Positions 12,273-23,939 of a stretch of 64,000 nt of DNA are shown here, in pieces. A program made the position numbers and the translations under genes. The stretch is from Macrostomum lignano (taxonomy: Eukaryota). Within the stretch, counting starts at the first letter, position 1; every line of letters begins with the position of its first letter. Under the pieces are notes generated by a model. It had not been told where the DNA came from, made no database searches, and saw only the letters and a program-made list of their open reading frames with translations. The DNA is taken from contig NIVC01000401.1 in the NCBI GenBank assembly GCA_002269645.1, positions 62,001 to 126,000 of the forward strand. Reading direction: 5' to 3'.

Positions 12273-13383
12273 TAGGGAATACAATCCCGGGATACCGAAA
12301 TCCCGGGATTAGGCCCAAATCCCGGGATTCTGAATCCCGGGATTTCGATTATGCCTGAATCCCGGGATTCTAAATCCCGGGATCACACTTGTCCGGGATT
12401 GACCATCGGGATCCCAATCCCGGTTTGAGGATCTGCAGCTGAGCTACTGTCAGGTGAAAATCATAACCCAGTTGGGCTGCTTTGATTTATTAATCTTTTA
12501 AACACGCAGGCTTAGTGAGTTGGCTAGGGCTGCAGGGATACAAAACTGAAGGTGTTGGCATATCGAAGGAGATTTCAGGTGTAATAATTTATGTGCAACT
12601 GTGTACATATGGTACTCGCAGACTAATGTAATTATGTTATTCTAAAACCTGTGCACAGAGCCTAAAGCAATAGAAGCCAATTCCTCATTGTTTCCGATCA
12701 CAGCGCTATAGCTTGCCAGACGGGAGTCAAATAATTGCTCATTTGAGCTCCCCTCTATCTCAAACCCAGCTAAAAAGTCCCCCTCTATGCGAAAGACCTC
12801 ATTCTCAGCACCTCAGCACTGTCAGGACACCTTTGAGATGCCCAGCATAGGGGCGGTGGCAGAACTACATGTACATTAAGCAGACACTACCTTCAAAACT
12901 CCTTGGCCGTAGTTGGGATTAGAACAGTGGGACCTTGCTATCGGACCGCAATCCAAGCTAGCGCGGTTTGCCTCTGGGTGAGGTCTGATCCCCTTCTACC
13001 CTGACATCAGTACCTCGGGTCATAGCTCTGTAAGCTGTCATTCCCCAGGTTACATCGCAATCAAGTGTGATTTTCTTGAGCTGATACTGGCATGTAAAAA
13101 CACGTCTAATACTCCAGTCCGTACATCACACTCCAATTCAGAGTTCACTGTCAGCTTCTTGTTAGCAAAATATTTTATTCTGTTCTATTTAATTATTGAA
13201 AGCCATTTAAAATCAGACTATGTAGATGGCTTCGTAAACCAAAATTGCACCAACAATGATTACAAAATTTTTTAATCACGGGATCCCGGCCCAATTTGTC
13301 GGGATCCCGGGATTGGCAAAGTCCGGGATATCCCGATCCCGAGAATTCCGGGATTGGCAAAACTCGGGATTTTGTATTCCCTA
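12273..13383. mobile_element. Non-autonomous hAT-type DNA transposon, 1111 bp
   Basis: TIRs TAGGGAATACAA(AA)TCCC at both ends; exact 8-bp TSD GTTGTAAC at 12265-12272 and 13384-13391; subterminal ATCCCGGGAT repeats at both ends; no transposase ORF. Confidence 0.9.
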
Positions 13384-13677
13384 GTTGTAACAGCCCCCAC
13401 CAAAGGAAGGACTTACAAAATCACCTAGGTAAACGGTAAAGTTCTTCGTTCGTTAGAACGGAAGTAGCAATACGAGTATTATTCTTCCTCTATGCCTATA
13501 TATATCTTTCATCCACGGTCTCAAATTGGTTCCTGATTTGGCCCACAAACGATGCAGCTATCAAATATGTTGTGCTAGTAGTTTAGATCCATAATAAATC
13601 GGCTGGCAAGAAGACTTATTGAAACGCGTAGACCTTGTGTTAACTCTTTTGGGATAAAAAGGCGGCGCGTAGTCGGA

Positions 13678-16014
13678 ATGATCCAACACAAGGTTGGTCG
13701 ACAAAACGACCGAGTTGTATTCGCCGAGAGTCTGTCGCGCGGCCTGCAGATCGTGGTCGACATGCCGTGCAACAAGGTGCTGGACAGGCTCTACGTTGGC
13801 AGCATAGAAACCCTGACGCCCTACTACCTGACTCTGTACAACATCCGTCAGATTGTCAGCGTCAGCGACTGCGGCGAAGGCTACGAGGAGCTGGTGCACA
13901 CCACCATGCACAATCCGGCTACTGGCGAGGACCTGCCATTGCTGCAGTATTACGTTGGAGATTTGACCAAGTCCCAGATCAGCATGCACTTTGACAGCTG
14001 CGCTTTGTTCACTCACCACGGCCGAGTTCACGATAAGAATGTGCTGGTGCACTGCAATCAGGTGCGCGGCATAGGCCTTGGTTCCACGGTGCCACTGTGG
14101 GTGTCAGAGGCTGCCACTCACATGCAAATTGGGTGTCAGGGGTCCCAAGTTGGGTGTCAGGGGTGCCACTCACATGCAAGTTGGGTGTCAGGGGCGCCAC
14201 TCACATGCAAGTTGGGTGTCAGGGGGTCCCAAGTTGGGTGTCAGGGGTGCCACTCACATGCAAGTTGGGTGTCAGGGGCGCCACTCACATGCAAGTTGGG
14301 TGTCAGGGGGTCCCAAGTTGGGTGTCAGGGGTGCCACTCACATGCAAGTTGGGTGTCAGGGGCGCCACTCACATGCAAGTTGGATGTCAGGGGCGCCACT
14401 CACATGAAAGTTGGGTGTCAGGGGCGCCACTCACATGAAAGTTGGGTGTCAGGGCGCCACTCACATGCAAGTTGGGTGTCAGGGCGCCACTCACATGCAA
14501 GTTGGGTGTCAGGGACGCCACTCACATGAAAGTTGGGTGTCAGGGCGCCACTCACATGCAAGTTGGGTGTCAAGAACGCCACTCACATGCAAGTTGGGTG
14601 TCAGGGGCGCCACTCACATGCAAGTTGGGTGTCAGGGGCGCCACTCACATGCAAGTTGGGTGTCAGGAGCGCCACTCACATGAAAGTTGGGTGTCAGGGC
14701 GCCACTCACATGCAAGTTGGGTGTCAGGGGCGCCACTCACATGCAAATTGGGTGTCAGGGGCGCCACTCACATGCAAGTTGGGTGTATTCCCGGGATCCC
14801 CGAGTATTCCCGGGATCCCGAGTATTCCCGAGTCAGGGGTGCCACTCACATGCAAGTTGGGTGTCAGGGGCGCCACTCGCATGAAAGTTGGGTGTCAGGG
14901 GTGCCACTCACATGCAAGTTGGGTGTCAGGGGTGCCACTCGCATGCAAGTTGGGTGTCAGGGGTGCCACTCGCATGCAAGTTGGGTGTCAGGGGTGCCAC
15001 TCGCATGCAAGTTGGGTGTCAGGGGTGCCACTCGCATGCAAGTTGGGTGTCAGGGGTGCCACTCGCATGCAAGTTGGGTGTCAGGGGTGCCACTCACATG
15101 CAAGTTGGGTGTCAGGGGTGCCACTCGCATGCAAGTTGGGTGTCAGGGGTGCCACTCGCATGCAAGTTGGGTGTCAGGGGTGCCACTCACATGCGTTAAG
15201 TGTCAGGGGCACCAAGTTGGGTGTCAGGGGCGCCAATTTGGGTGTCAGAGGCGCCACTCACATGCAAGTTCAGTGTGATACTTATAAACAACAAAAAATG
15301 ATCGACAGGGCGTATCGCGCTCGCCAGCAATTGTCACCGCCTATCTGATGTGCCTGGCTGACGACATGGAGCTCGTTGAGTGAGTCAATAAAGCGCTTTT
15401 TCAGTGTCGATTTATAAGACTTGGTTTTAGCATTGCTACGAATGTTTGACTAAGCAATGAGGCAGGCACGCACTTATACACACGCTCACACAGGGTGTAC
15501 AACTGCCCTGACTTTCCAATCGTCAGGCATGTACACTCTCTGTGTCTTGAGAGTTCGACCCTCGTGACTGTAAATCGTACAACCCCTAGGGCCAATTTTC
15601 GTGCACAAGTCCCAAATTAGTGTGGCCGCGTTTTACAGACAGATTAGGGTTAGCAGTCAATTTGGGCCATTCGAATTTCGCAAAACCTCAGACTCGTGCT
15701 AAATCCAATTTATCCAATATGTCACGGAGAAATCTCAATTCTTCCCGTTAATCTCCCGCCGCAGAATCCTCCAAGCGCTGAAGGTGATGCGCAGCAAGAT
15801 CAACATCAACACTGCATTCATCAGCCAGTTGTTGGACTTCAAGACCAAATGGGCCAGGAAGGTCTGGTCCAATATTAAATACGAGCTGGGCGACTGGTGG
15901 AAAGTCGGACTGGATCGCAGCAGACTCGAGCGCTACTCAAAGCGATTTGTTGAGCGCGGCCTGCAGCTGCAGGAGATGCCGGAGATTCAGCGCTGCCAGA
16001 ATCAGGACGAATGA
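13678..16014 (+). CDS. Atypical dual-specificity protein phosphatase, about 234 aa; exons 13678-14061, 15309-15379, 15765-16014
   Basis: KVLDRLYVGS, YVGDL (general-acid Asp), catalytic loop VLVHCNQ|GVSRSPAIVTAYLM (intact Cx5R) and RSKININTAFISQL. Intron phases 0 and 2 join in frame (384+71+250=705 nt). Confidence 0.85.
14090..15270. repeat. 31-bp minisatellite (GGGTGTCAGGGGCGCCACTCACATGCAAGTT) filling DUSP intron 1
   Basis: About 38 copies with truncated variants and a 47-bp foreign insert at 14787-14833. Confidence 0.95.
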
Positions 16015-16219
16015 CTCGATCTGCCGGCCATTTGATCCATTATTAGCGATCAAGCCACAGAGCCCGATTTTTGAGACGCTTCCTGATTTCGAGTGTCTGA
16101 TAAAAATTATTTATGCTCCGATTCCGAAGCACCACTCAAATTAATAAGTTTTTATACACTGCTTAATAGCTAAGCAAAGATGCTTTTCACTTTGAAAAAA
16201 TAAATATTTAACTACCTTG

Positions 16220-18080
16220 GGTACTCTCTCCTCACTCCCTTCCGCACTCTCCCTCACTCCCCTCCTTACTCTTTCTCACTCCCCTCCTCTCCCTCACTCC
16301 TCTCCCTACTCCCCACTCTTCCTCACTCCTCTCCCTACTCTCCCTCACTCCCCTCCTCTCCCTCACTCCCTCCCTACTCCCCACTCTTCCTCACTCCTCT
16401 CCCCACTCTTCCTCACTCCTCTCCCTACTCTCCCTCACTCCCCTCCTCTCCCTACTCTCCCCTCCTCTCCCTACTCTCCCTCACTCCCCTCCTCTCCCTC
16501 ACTCCCCTCCTCTCCCTACTCTCCCTCACTCCCCTCCTCTCCCTACTCTCCCTCACTCCCCTCCTCTCCCTCACTCCCTCCCTACTCCCACTCTTCCTCA
16601 CTCCTCTCCCTACTCTCCCTCACTCCCCTCCTCTCCCCCACTCCTCTCCCTACTCTCCCTCACTCCCCTCCTCTCCCTCACTCCCTCCCTACTCCCCACT
16701 CTTCCTCACTCCTCTCCCTCACTCCCTCCCTACTCCCCACTCTTCCTCACTCCTCTCCCTACTCTCTCTCACTCCCCTCCTCTCCCTCACTCCCTCCTCT
16801 CCCTCACTCCCTCCCTCCTCTCCCTCACTCCCTCCCTACTCCCTACTCTCCCTCACTCCCCTCCTCTCCCTCACTCCCTCCCTACTCCCCACTCTTCCTC
16901 ACTCCTCTCCCCACTCTTCCTCACTCCTCTCCCTACTCTCCCTCACTCCCCTCCTCTCCCTACCCTCCCCTCCTCTCCCTACTCTCCCTCACTCCCCTCC
17001 TCTCCCTCACTCCCCTCCTCTCCCTACTCTCCCTCACTCCCCTCCTCTCCCTACTCTCCCTCACTCCCCTCCTCTCCCTCACTCCCTCCCTACTCCCACT
17101 CTTCCTCACTCCTCTCCCTACTCTCCCTCACTCCCCTCCTCTCCCCCACTCCTCTCCCTACTCTCCCTCACTCCCCTCCTCTCCCTCACTCCCTCCCTAC
17201 TCCCCACTCTTCCTCACTCCTCTCCCTCACTCCCTCCCTACTCCCCACTCTTCCTCACTCCTCTCCCTACTCTCTCTCACTCCCCTCCTCTCCCTCACTC
17301 CCTCCTCTCCCTCACTCCCTCCCTACTCTCCCTCACTCCCTCCCTACTCCCCACTCTTCCTCACTCCTCTCCCTACTCTCTCTCACTCCCTCCCTACTCC
17401 CCACTCTTCCTCACTCCTCTCCCTACTCTCTCTCACTTCCCTCCTCTCCCTCACTCCCTCCTCTCCCTCACTCCCTCCTCTCCCTCACTCCCTCCCTACT
17501 CTCCCTCCCTACTCCCCACTCTTCCTCACTCCTCTCCCTACTCTCTCTCACTCCCCTCCTCTCCCTCACTCCCTCCCTACTCTCCCTCACTCCCCTCCTC
17601 TCCCTCACTCCCTCCCTACTCCCACTCTTCCTCACTCCTCTCCCTACTCTCCCTCACTCCCCTCCTCTCCCTCACTCCCTCCCGACGCCCCACTCTTCCT
17701 CACTCCTCTCCCTACTCTCTCTCACTCCCCTCCTCTCCCTCACTCCCTCCTCTCCCTCACTCCCTCCCTACTCTCCCTCACTCCCTCCCTACTCCCCACT
17801 CTTCCTCACTCCTCTCCCTACTCTCTCTCACTCCCTCCCTACTCCCCACTCTTCCTCACTCCTCTCCCTACTCTCTCTCACTTCCCTCCTCTCCCTCACT
17901 CCCTCCTCTCCCTCACTCCCTCCTCTCCCTCACTCCCTCCTCTCCCTCACTCCCTCCCTACTCCCCACTCTTCCTCACTCCCTCCCTACTCTCCCTCACT
18001 CCCTCCTCTCCCTCACTCCCTCCCTACTCCCCACTCTTCCTCACTCCCTCCCTACTCCCTCCTCTTCCTCACTCCCTCCC
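16220..18080. repeat. Pure C/T/A low-complexity polypyrimidine-rich tandem array (CTCCCTCACTCCCCTCCT and variants)
   Basis: About 1.9 kb essentially without G on the plus strand. Confidence 0.95.
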
Positions 18081-18477
18081 TACCTGAAAAATTCTGGGTT
18101 AAAAAAGTAACAAACTGCAAGCTGCGTTGATTAATATGTTTGCTTATTGATGCACAAGAAGGAAAAAGACTGGAAAAATAATTTAGCACACACTTTAATT
18201 AATTAGCGATCAGTCAGCCACACGCGGAGAAACATTTCATTAGCAACAAAGTTGAACCAGATGATGGGTAATACGTTCGTACATTACACAAGTGACAACT
18301 AATCAAGTTGAAGCTTCATTTCTATTTTTCACAATTAATTAAGTAAAATTTGTAAACGGCTCTGTTCGCCATCGCGGCGTCTTGGACCAATCAGAATGTC
18401 GGACGCGAATAGAGAATCCGATTCAAGAGCATTTACTCGCATGGTTGCTGCGGTGACTGATGAAACATAGAGTGCGG

Positions 18478-21085
18478 ATTAGATGTGGAATCGAGGGGAT
18501 TAGATGTGGAATCGAGGGGATTAGATGGGGAATCGAGGGGATTAGATGTGGAATCGAGGGGATTAGATGGGGAATCGAGGGGATTAGATGTGAAATCGAG
18601 GGGATTAGATGGGGAATCGAGGGGATTAGATGGGGAATCGAGGGGATTAGATGTGAAATCGAGGGGATTAGATGGGGAATCGAGGGGATTAGATGTGAAA
18701 TCGAGGGGATTAGATGTGGAATCGAGGGGATTAGATGTGAAATCGAGGGGATTAGATGTGGAATCGAGGGGATTAGATGTGTAATCGAGGGGATTAGATG
18801 TGGAATCGAGGGGATTAGATGTGAAATCGAGGGGATTAGATGGGGAATCGAGGGGATTAGATGTGAAATCGAGGGGATTAGATGTGGAATCGAGGGGATT
18901 AGATGTGAAATCGAGGGGATTAGATGTGGAATCGAGGGGATTAGATGTGAAATCGAGGGGATTAGATGTGAAATCGAGGGGATTAGATGTGAAATCGAGG
19001 GGATTAGATGTGGAATCGAGGGGATTAGATGTGAAATCGAGGGGATTAGATGTGGAATCGAGGGGATTAGATGTGGAATCGAGGGGATTAGATGTGGAAT
19101 CGAGGGATTAGATGTGAAATCGAGGGGATTAGATGTGAAATCGAGGGGATTAGATGTGGAATCGAGGGGATTAGATGTGAAATCGAGGGGATTAGATGGG
19201 GAATCGAGGGGATTAGATGTGAAATCGAGGGGATTAGATGTGGAATCGAGGGGATTAGATGTGAAATCGAGGGATTAGATGTGGAATCGAGGGGATTAGA
19301 TGTGGAATCGAGGGGATTAGATGTGGAATCGAGGGGATTAGATGTGGAATCGAGGGGATTAGATGGGGAATCGAGGGGATTAGATGTGAAATCGAGGGGA
19401 TTAGATGTGGAATCGAGGGGATTAGATGTGGAATCGAGGGGATTAGATGTGGAATCGAGGGGATTAGATGGGGAATCTAGGGGATTAGATGTGGAATCGA
19501 GGGGATTAGATGGGGAATCGAGGGGATTAGATGGGGAATCGAGGGGATTAGATGGGGAATCGAGGGGATTAGATGGGGAATCGAGGGGATTAGATGGGGA
19601 ATCGAGGGGATTAGATGGGGAATCGAGGGGATAAGATGGGGAATCGAGGGGATTAGATGGGGAATCGAGGGGATAAGATGGGGAATTGAGGGGATTAGAT
19701 GGGGAATCGAGGGGATTAGATGTGAAATCGAGGGGATTAGATGTGGAATCGAGGGGATTAGATGGGGAATCTAGGGGATTAGATGTGGAATCGAGGGGAT
19801 TAGATGGGGAATCGAGGGGATTAGATGGGGAATCGAGGGGATTAGATGGGGAATCGAGGGGATTAGATGGGGAATCGAGGGGATTAGATGGGGAATCGAG
19901 GGGATTAGATGGGGAATCGAGGGGATAAGATGGGGAATCGAGGGGATTAGATGGGGAATCGAGGGGATTAGATGGGGAATCGAGGGGATAAGATGGGGAA
20001 TCGAGGGGATTAGATGTGAAATCGAGGGGATTAGATGTGGAATCGAGGGGATTAGATGTGAAATCGAGGGGATTAGATGTGGAATCGAGGGGATTAGATG
20101 TGGAATCGAGGGGATTAGATGTGGAATCGAGGGGATTAGATGTGAAATCGAGGGGATTAGATGTGAAATCGAGGGGATTAGATGTGGAATCGAGGGGATT
20201 AGATGTGAAATCGAGGGGATTAGATGTGGAATCGAGGGATTAGATGTGGAATCGAGGGGATTAGATGTGGAATCGAGGGGATTAGATGTGAAATCGAGGG
20301 GATTAGATGTGGAATCGAGGGGATTAGATGTGGAATCGAGGGGATTAGATGTGGAATCGAGGGGATTAGATGTGGAATCGAGGGGATTAGATGGGGAATC
20401 GAGGGGATTAGATGTGAAATCGAGGGGATTAGATGTGGAATCGAGGGGATTAGATGTGGAATCGAGGGGATTAGATGTGGAATCGAGGGGATTAGATGGG
20501 GAATCTAGGGGATTAGATGTGGAATCGAGGGGATTAGATGGGGAATCGAGGGGATTAGATGGGGAATCGAGGGGATTAGATGGGGAATCGAGGGGATTAG
20601 ATGGGGAATCGAGGGGATTAGATGGGGAATCGAGGGGATTAGATGGGGAATCGAGGGGATAAGATGGGGAATCGAGGGGATTAGATGGGGAATCGAGGGG
20701 ATAAGATGGGGAATTGAGGGGATTAGATGGGGAATCGAGGGGATTAGATGTGAAATCGAGGGGATTAGATGTGGAATCGAGGGGATTAGATGGGGAATCT
20801 AGGGGATTAGATGTGGAATCGAGGGGATTAGATGGGGAATCGAGGGGATTAGATGGGGAATCGAGGGGATTAGATGGGGAATCGAGGGGATTAGATGGGG
20901 AATCGAGGGGATTAGATGGGGAATCGAGGGGATTAGATGGGGAATCGAGGGGATAAGATGGGGAATCGAGGGGATTAGATGGGGAATCGAGGGGATTAGA
21001 TGGGGAATCGAGGGGATAAGATGGGGAATTGAGGGGATTAGATGAGGAATCGACGGGATTAGATGGGGAATCGAGGGGATTAGAT
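18478..21085. repeat. 21-bp minisatellite (ATTAGATGTGGAATCGAGGGG) with a higher-order duplication of about 1028 bp
   Basis: About 124 copies; identical ORF translations at 19686-19928 and 20714-20956 show the 1028-bp period. Confidence 0.95.
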
Positions 21086-21754
21086 AGGAAATCAAGAGAT
21101 AGTATGCGACGAATTGAGGGAGGAATCGGTGGGGAATCAAGTAGACAGAGGGAGGAGAGAATTTAAGCAGGAGACGGTGACGGTGACGGAACGAATTGAG
21201 GGAGGAATCGGTGGGGAATCAAGTAGACAGAGGGAGGAGAGAATTTAAGCAGGAGACGGTGAGCTCTTTATTAAGTAATCAGAGGTCATCAAGCACGAAA
21301 AGCCGCTAACTTAATAAAGGCATATTAGAAGTGCAATAAATCAAAATTGGCACACAAAAAACTAATTAATTCCGATTATATCTGGTGACAAAGCTTTGCC
21401 AAAATTACACAGACCGACAGTGAAACAGACAGTGATAACAGATATAACACATTAGTGTCCGCGAGCAGCTAGATGACTAGGCTAATGCGGAGCCGTGCTG
21501 CATGCACGCTACTGGCGACGAATCAAAGAGGTACTACGAACACAGGGATAGCTCGTAGAATACGGGTTATGCGAGCAATAAAATAGGAGAACTACTTTTA
21601 CTAAGTCAAGGCCACAATTATAATCCTGAAACTATAACACGTACGAAAGCTAAGCAAACATCTACATGTATTTATCAAAGCTAGAAAAAATTTCGTCAGT
21701 TACCAAATCCTAATAAGCAAGACATTCCTTAATGAGAGAGTAAAGACGCTTTTC

Positions 21755-22470
21755 ATAGTCTATGGCCAAAATGGGGTCTTATGGGGTATCACCATAGTCT
21801 ATGGCCAAAATGGGGTCTAATAGGGTAATCACCATAGTCTATGGCCAAAATAGGGTCTTATAGGGTAGTCACCATAGTCTATGGCCAAAATTGGGGTCTT
21901 ATACGGTAATCACCATAGTCTATGGCCAAAATGGGGTCTTATAGGGTAATCACCATAGTCTATGGCCAAAATGGGGTCTTATAGGGTAATCACTATAGTC
22001 TATGGCCAAAATGAGGGCTTATGGAGCAACTATCATAGACTATGGACAAATAAATAGGGTCTCATGGGTAATCACCCTAGTCTATGGCCAAAATGGGGTC
22101 TTATACGGTAATCACCATAGTCTATGGCCAAAATGGGGTCTTATAGGGTAATCACCATAGTCTATGGCCAAAATGGGGTCTTATGGAGCAACCAACATAG
22201 TATATGCCCAAAATGGTGTTTTATGGGGCAACTACCATAGTCTATGGCCAAAATGAGGACTTATGGAGCAAATATCATAGACTATGGACAAATAAATGGA
22301 GTCTCATGGGGTAATCACCAGTCTATGGCCAAAATGGAGTCTTATGGAGCAATTAACAGTCTATGGCCAAAATGGGGGCTTGTGGAGCAACCAACATAGT
22401 CTATGGCCAAAATGGGGTTTTATTGGGCAACTACCATAGTGTATAGCCAAAATGGGGACTTGTGAAGCAA
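21755..22470. repeat. 40-bp minisatellite (CCATAGTCTATGGCCAAAATGGGGTCTTATAGGGTAATCA)
   Basis: About 18 moderately diverged copies. Confidence 0.9.
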
Positions 22471-22918
22471 ATGTGGAAAAGCAAGTATTTAACGGCTTGA
22501 TTCTCCATTCTCCATCCAAGGCTCAAATTGGCTGGCGAAATATCGCTCGGTTGATACAGCAAAATACCTAGAACTATTTAAATCTATTGCAGCTAACAAC
22601 ACACAAGACAACACTAGATAAAAAATAAAGGCTGGCACAGGATGTTTTCAATAAAAAAATGTTGATAGTTCCATTTTTGACAAGGACGCATTTAAAATTA
22701 GAAATCTGCTGACTGAATTATTAGCAAGAGAAGCTCTGGTCTGGGGATATGCAATTGCATGGGGAGCTATCCAGGAGAGGTCAAGGGGGTCAGAGGAGGT
22801 CAAGCTGCCCCCCTGCTCCAACCCTAAATTTTTTCATAATCTATGTACTAGGACTAGCCAGCAACCAGAGCTCAGTTGCCAGTTCGAACAGATTCCCAGT
22901 CTCTATGCTGCATCTCGG

Positions 22919-23869
22919 CTATCTCGGCTTCACCGAATTATAGTGCTCCCCAGATCGCATCAGGTGACGATGAAAGGTCACAGTCAATGTGGCGTCTTCG
23001 CCAACCTCGGCGAGGAACTCTTCGCCAACTAGCAAATCTGGCGGGCCGGCTTGCAGCACCCGGATGGGCAGCCGGAGGGCTTCGCTCAGAGCCCGCAGCT
23101 CCAGCTGGCCGCCCCATTCGGACGAGGATTCCACCAAGTTGGCGTAGGCCTCCAGCTCTACGTCTTCGTCTAGGAATGGCGCGTAGTGACCCGGGCTGGC
23201 GCGGATGGCCTCAGCGGCCAGGCGCCGCAGTGCCGCTACGGACTCGTGCCGGCCGCGCCGCTGGCCCAGCTGGTGCTGTACAGCCGCGTACAGGCAGCTG
23301 CCGTCGGCTGCCACTTCGTGCAAGTCGAAGCCCAGAGCGGACAGGCGGTCCCGGATTCGAGCCAGCTCGATGGCGCTTTCGCTAGGATTCTCGGCTTCTT
23401 CGGCGGCGCGACGTTCCGCCTCCTGGCGCTGCTTGGCGGCCGCTTCGGCTTTCTTCTCGCGACGCTTGGCCGCTTTGGACTTCTTCTGTTGCTGCTGCTG
23501 CTGGGGCGCCAGCTGTTCGTCTTCTTCTTCACCAACCTCTCGCCGGTCTTCAGCATCGGCATCAGTAGTGCTCCCATTGTTTCCAATATTCTTATCGTCA
23601 GCGCCGTTTTTATTATTGTTATGCTCGGCAGATTCGCCGCCGCCCAGACGGAGACAGCCGGCTCGAAGTTCGGCTAATTCAACAGACTGGCGATCGTCCA
23701 GTTCGGCCTGCAGCCGGGACGATTCCAATTGCACTTCGCGGGCACGCCGCTTGTCGCCTTTTGGCGTCGTTTTCTTTAATCTTTGCAGCTCGGCTTGCAG
23801 AGCCTTCTGCTCCTGCTTGTGCCGGGCTAGCAGCGCCTCCTCCTCCGGCGGAGACTGCAATTCAGCCAT
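22919..23869 (-). CDS. OTUD6B: OTU deubiquitinase OTUD6B/Otu2 ortholog, about 316 aa, intronless
   Basis: N-terminal EEEALLARHKQEQKALQAEL...KGDKRR, KKSKAAKRREKK, and OTU catalytic motifs ADGSCLY, WGGQLEL, GEHYNSV. The ATG at 23869 is preferred over the upstream in-frame ATG at 23950, which lies in the repeat edge. Confidence 0.92.
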   Translation of the reverse strand: MAELQSPPEEEALLARHKQEQKALQAELQRLKKTTPKGDKRRAREVQLESSRLQAELDDRQSVELAELRAGCLRLGGGESAEHNNNKNGADDKNIGNNGSTTDADAEDRREVGEEEDEQLAPQQQQQQKKSKAAKRREKKAEAAAKQRQEAERRAAEEAENPSESAIELARIRDRLSALGFDLHEVAADGSCLYAAVQHQLGQRRGRHESVAALRRLAAEAIRASPGHYAPFLDEDVELEAYANLVESSSEWGGQLELRALSEALRLPIRVLQAGPPDLLVGEEFLAEVGEDATLTVTFHRHLMRSGEHYNSVKPR

Positions 23870-23939
23870 TGGGATTGGCGCCTGTTGGCTATCTGTAACT
23901 AAGGCAGTTCTGCAAGCAGACTTGCCGCCATTATTGAGG

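Noticed and set aside
12780-12990. Possible decayed tRNA-SINE inside the hAT element (minus-strand GTTCTAATCCC B-box-like)
   Set aside because: No clear A box or tail; too degenerate to call.
16217-21140. 637-aa PHS/LP-rich ORF and GIEGIR/ESRGLD ORFs (collagen-like look)
   Set aside because: Low-complexity and 21-bp repeat translations with no flanking gene structure.
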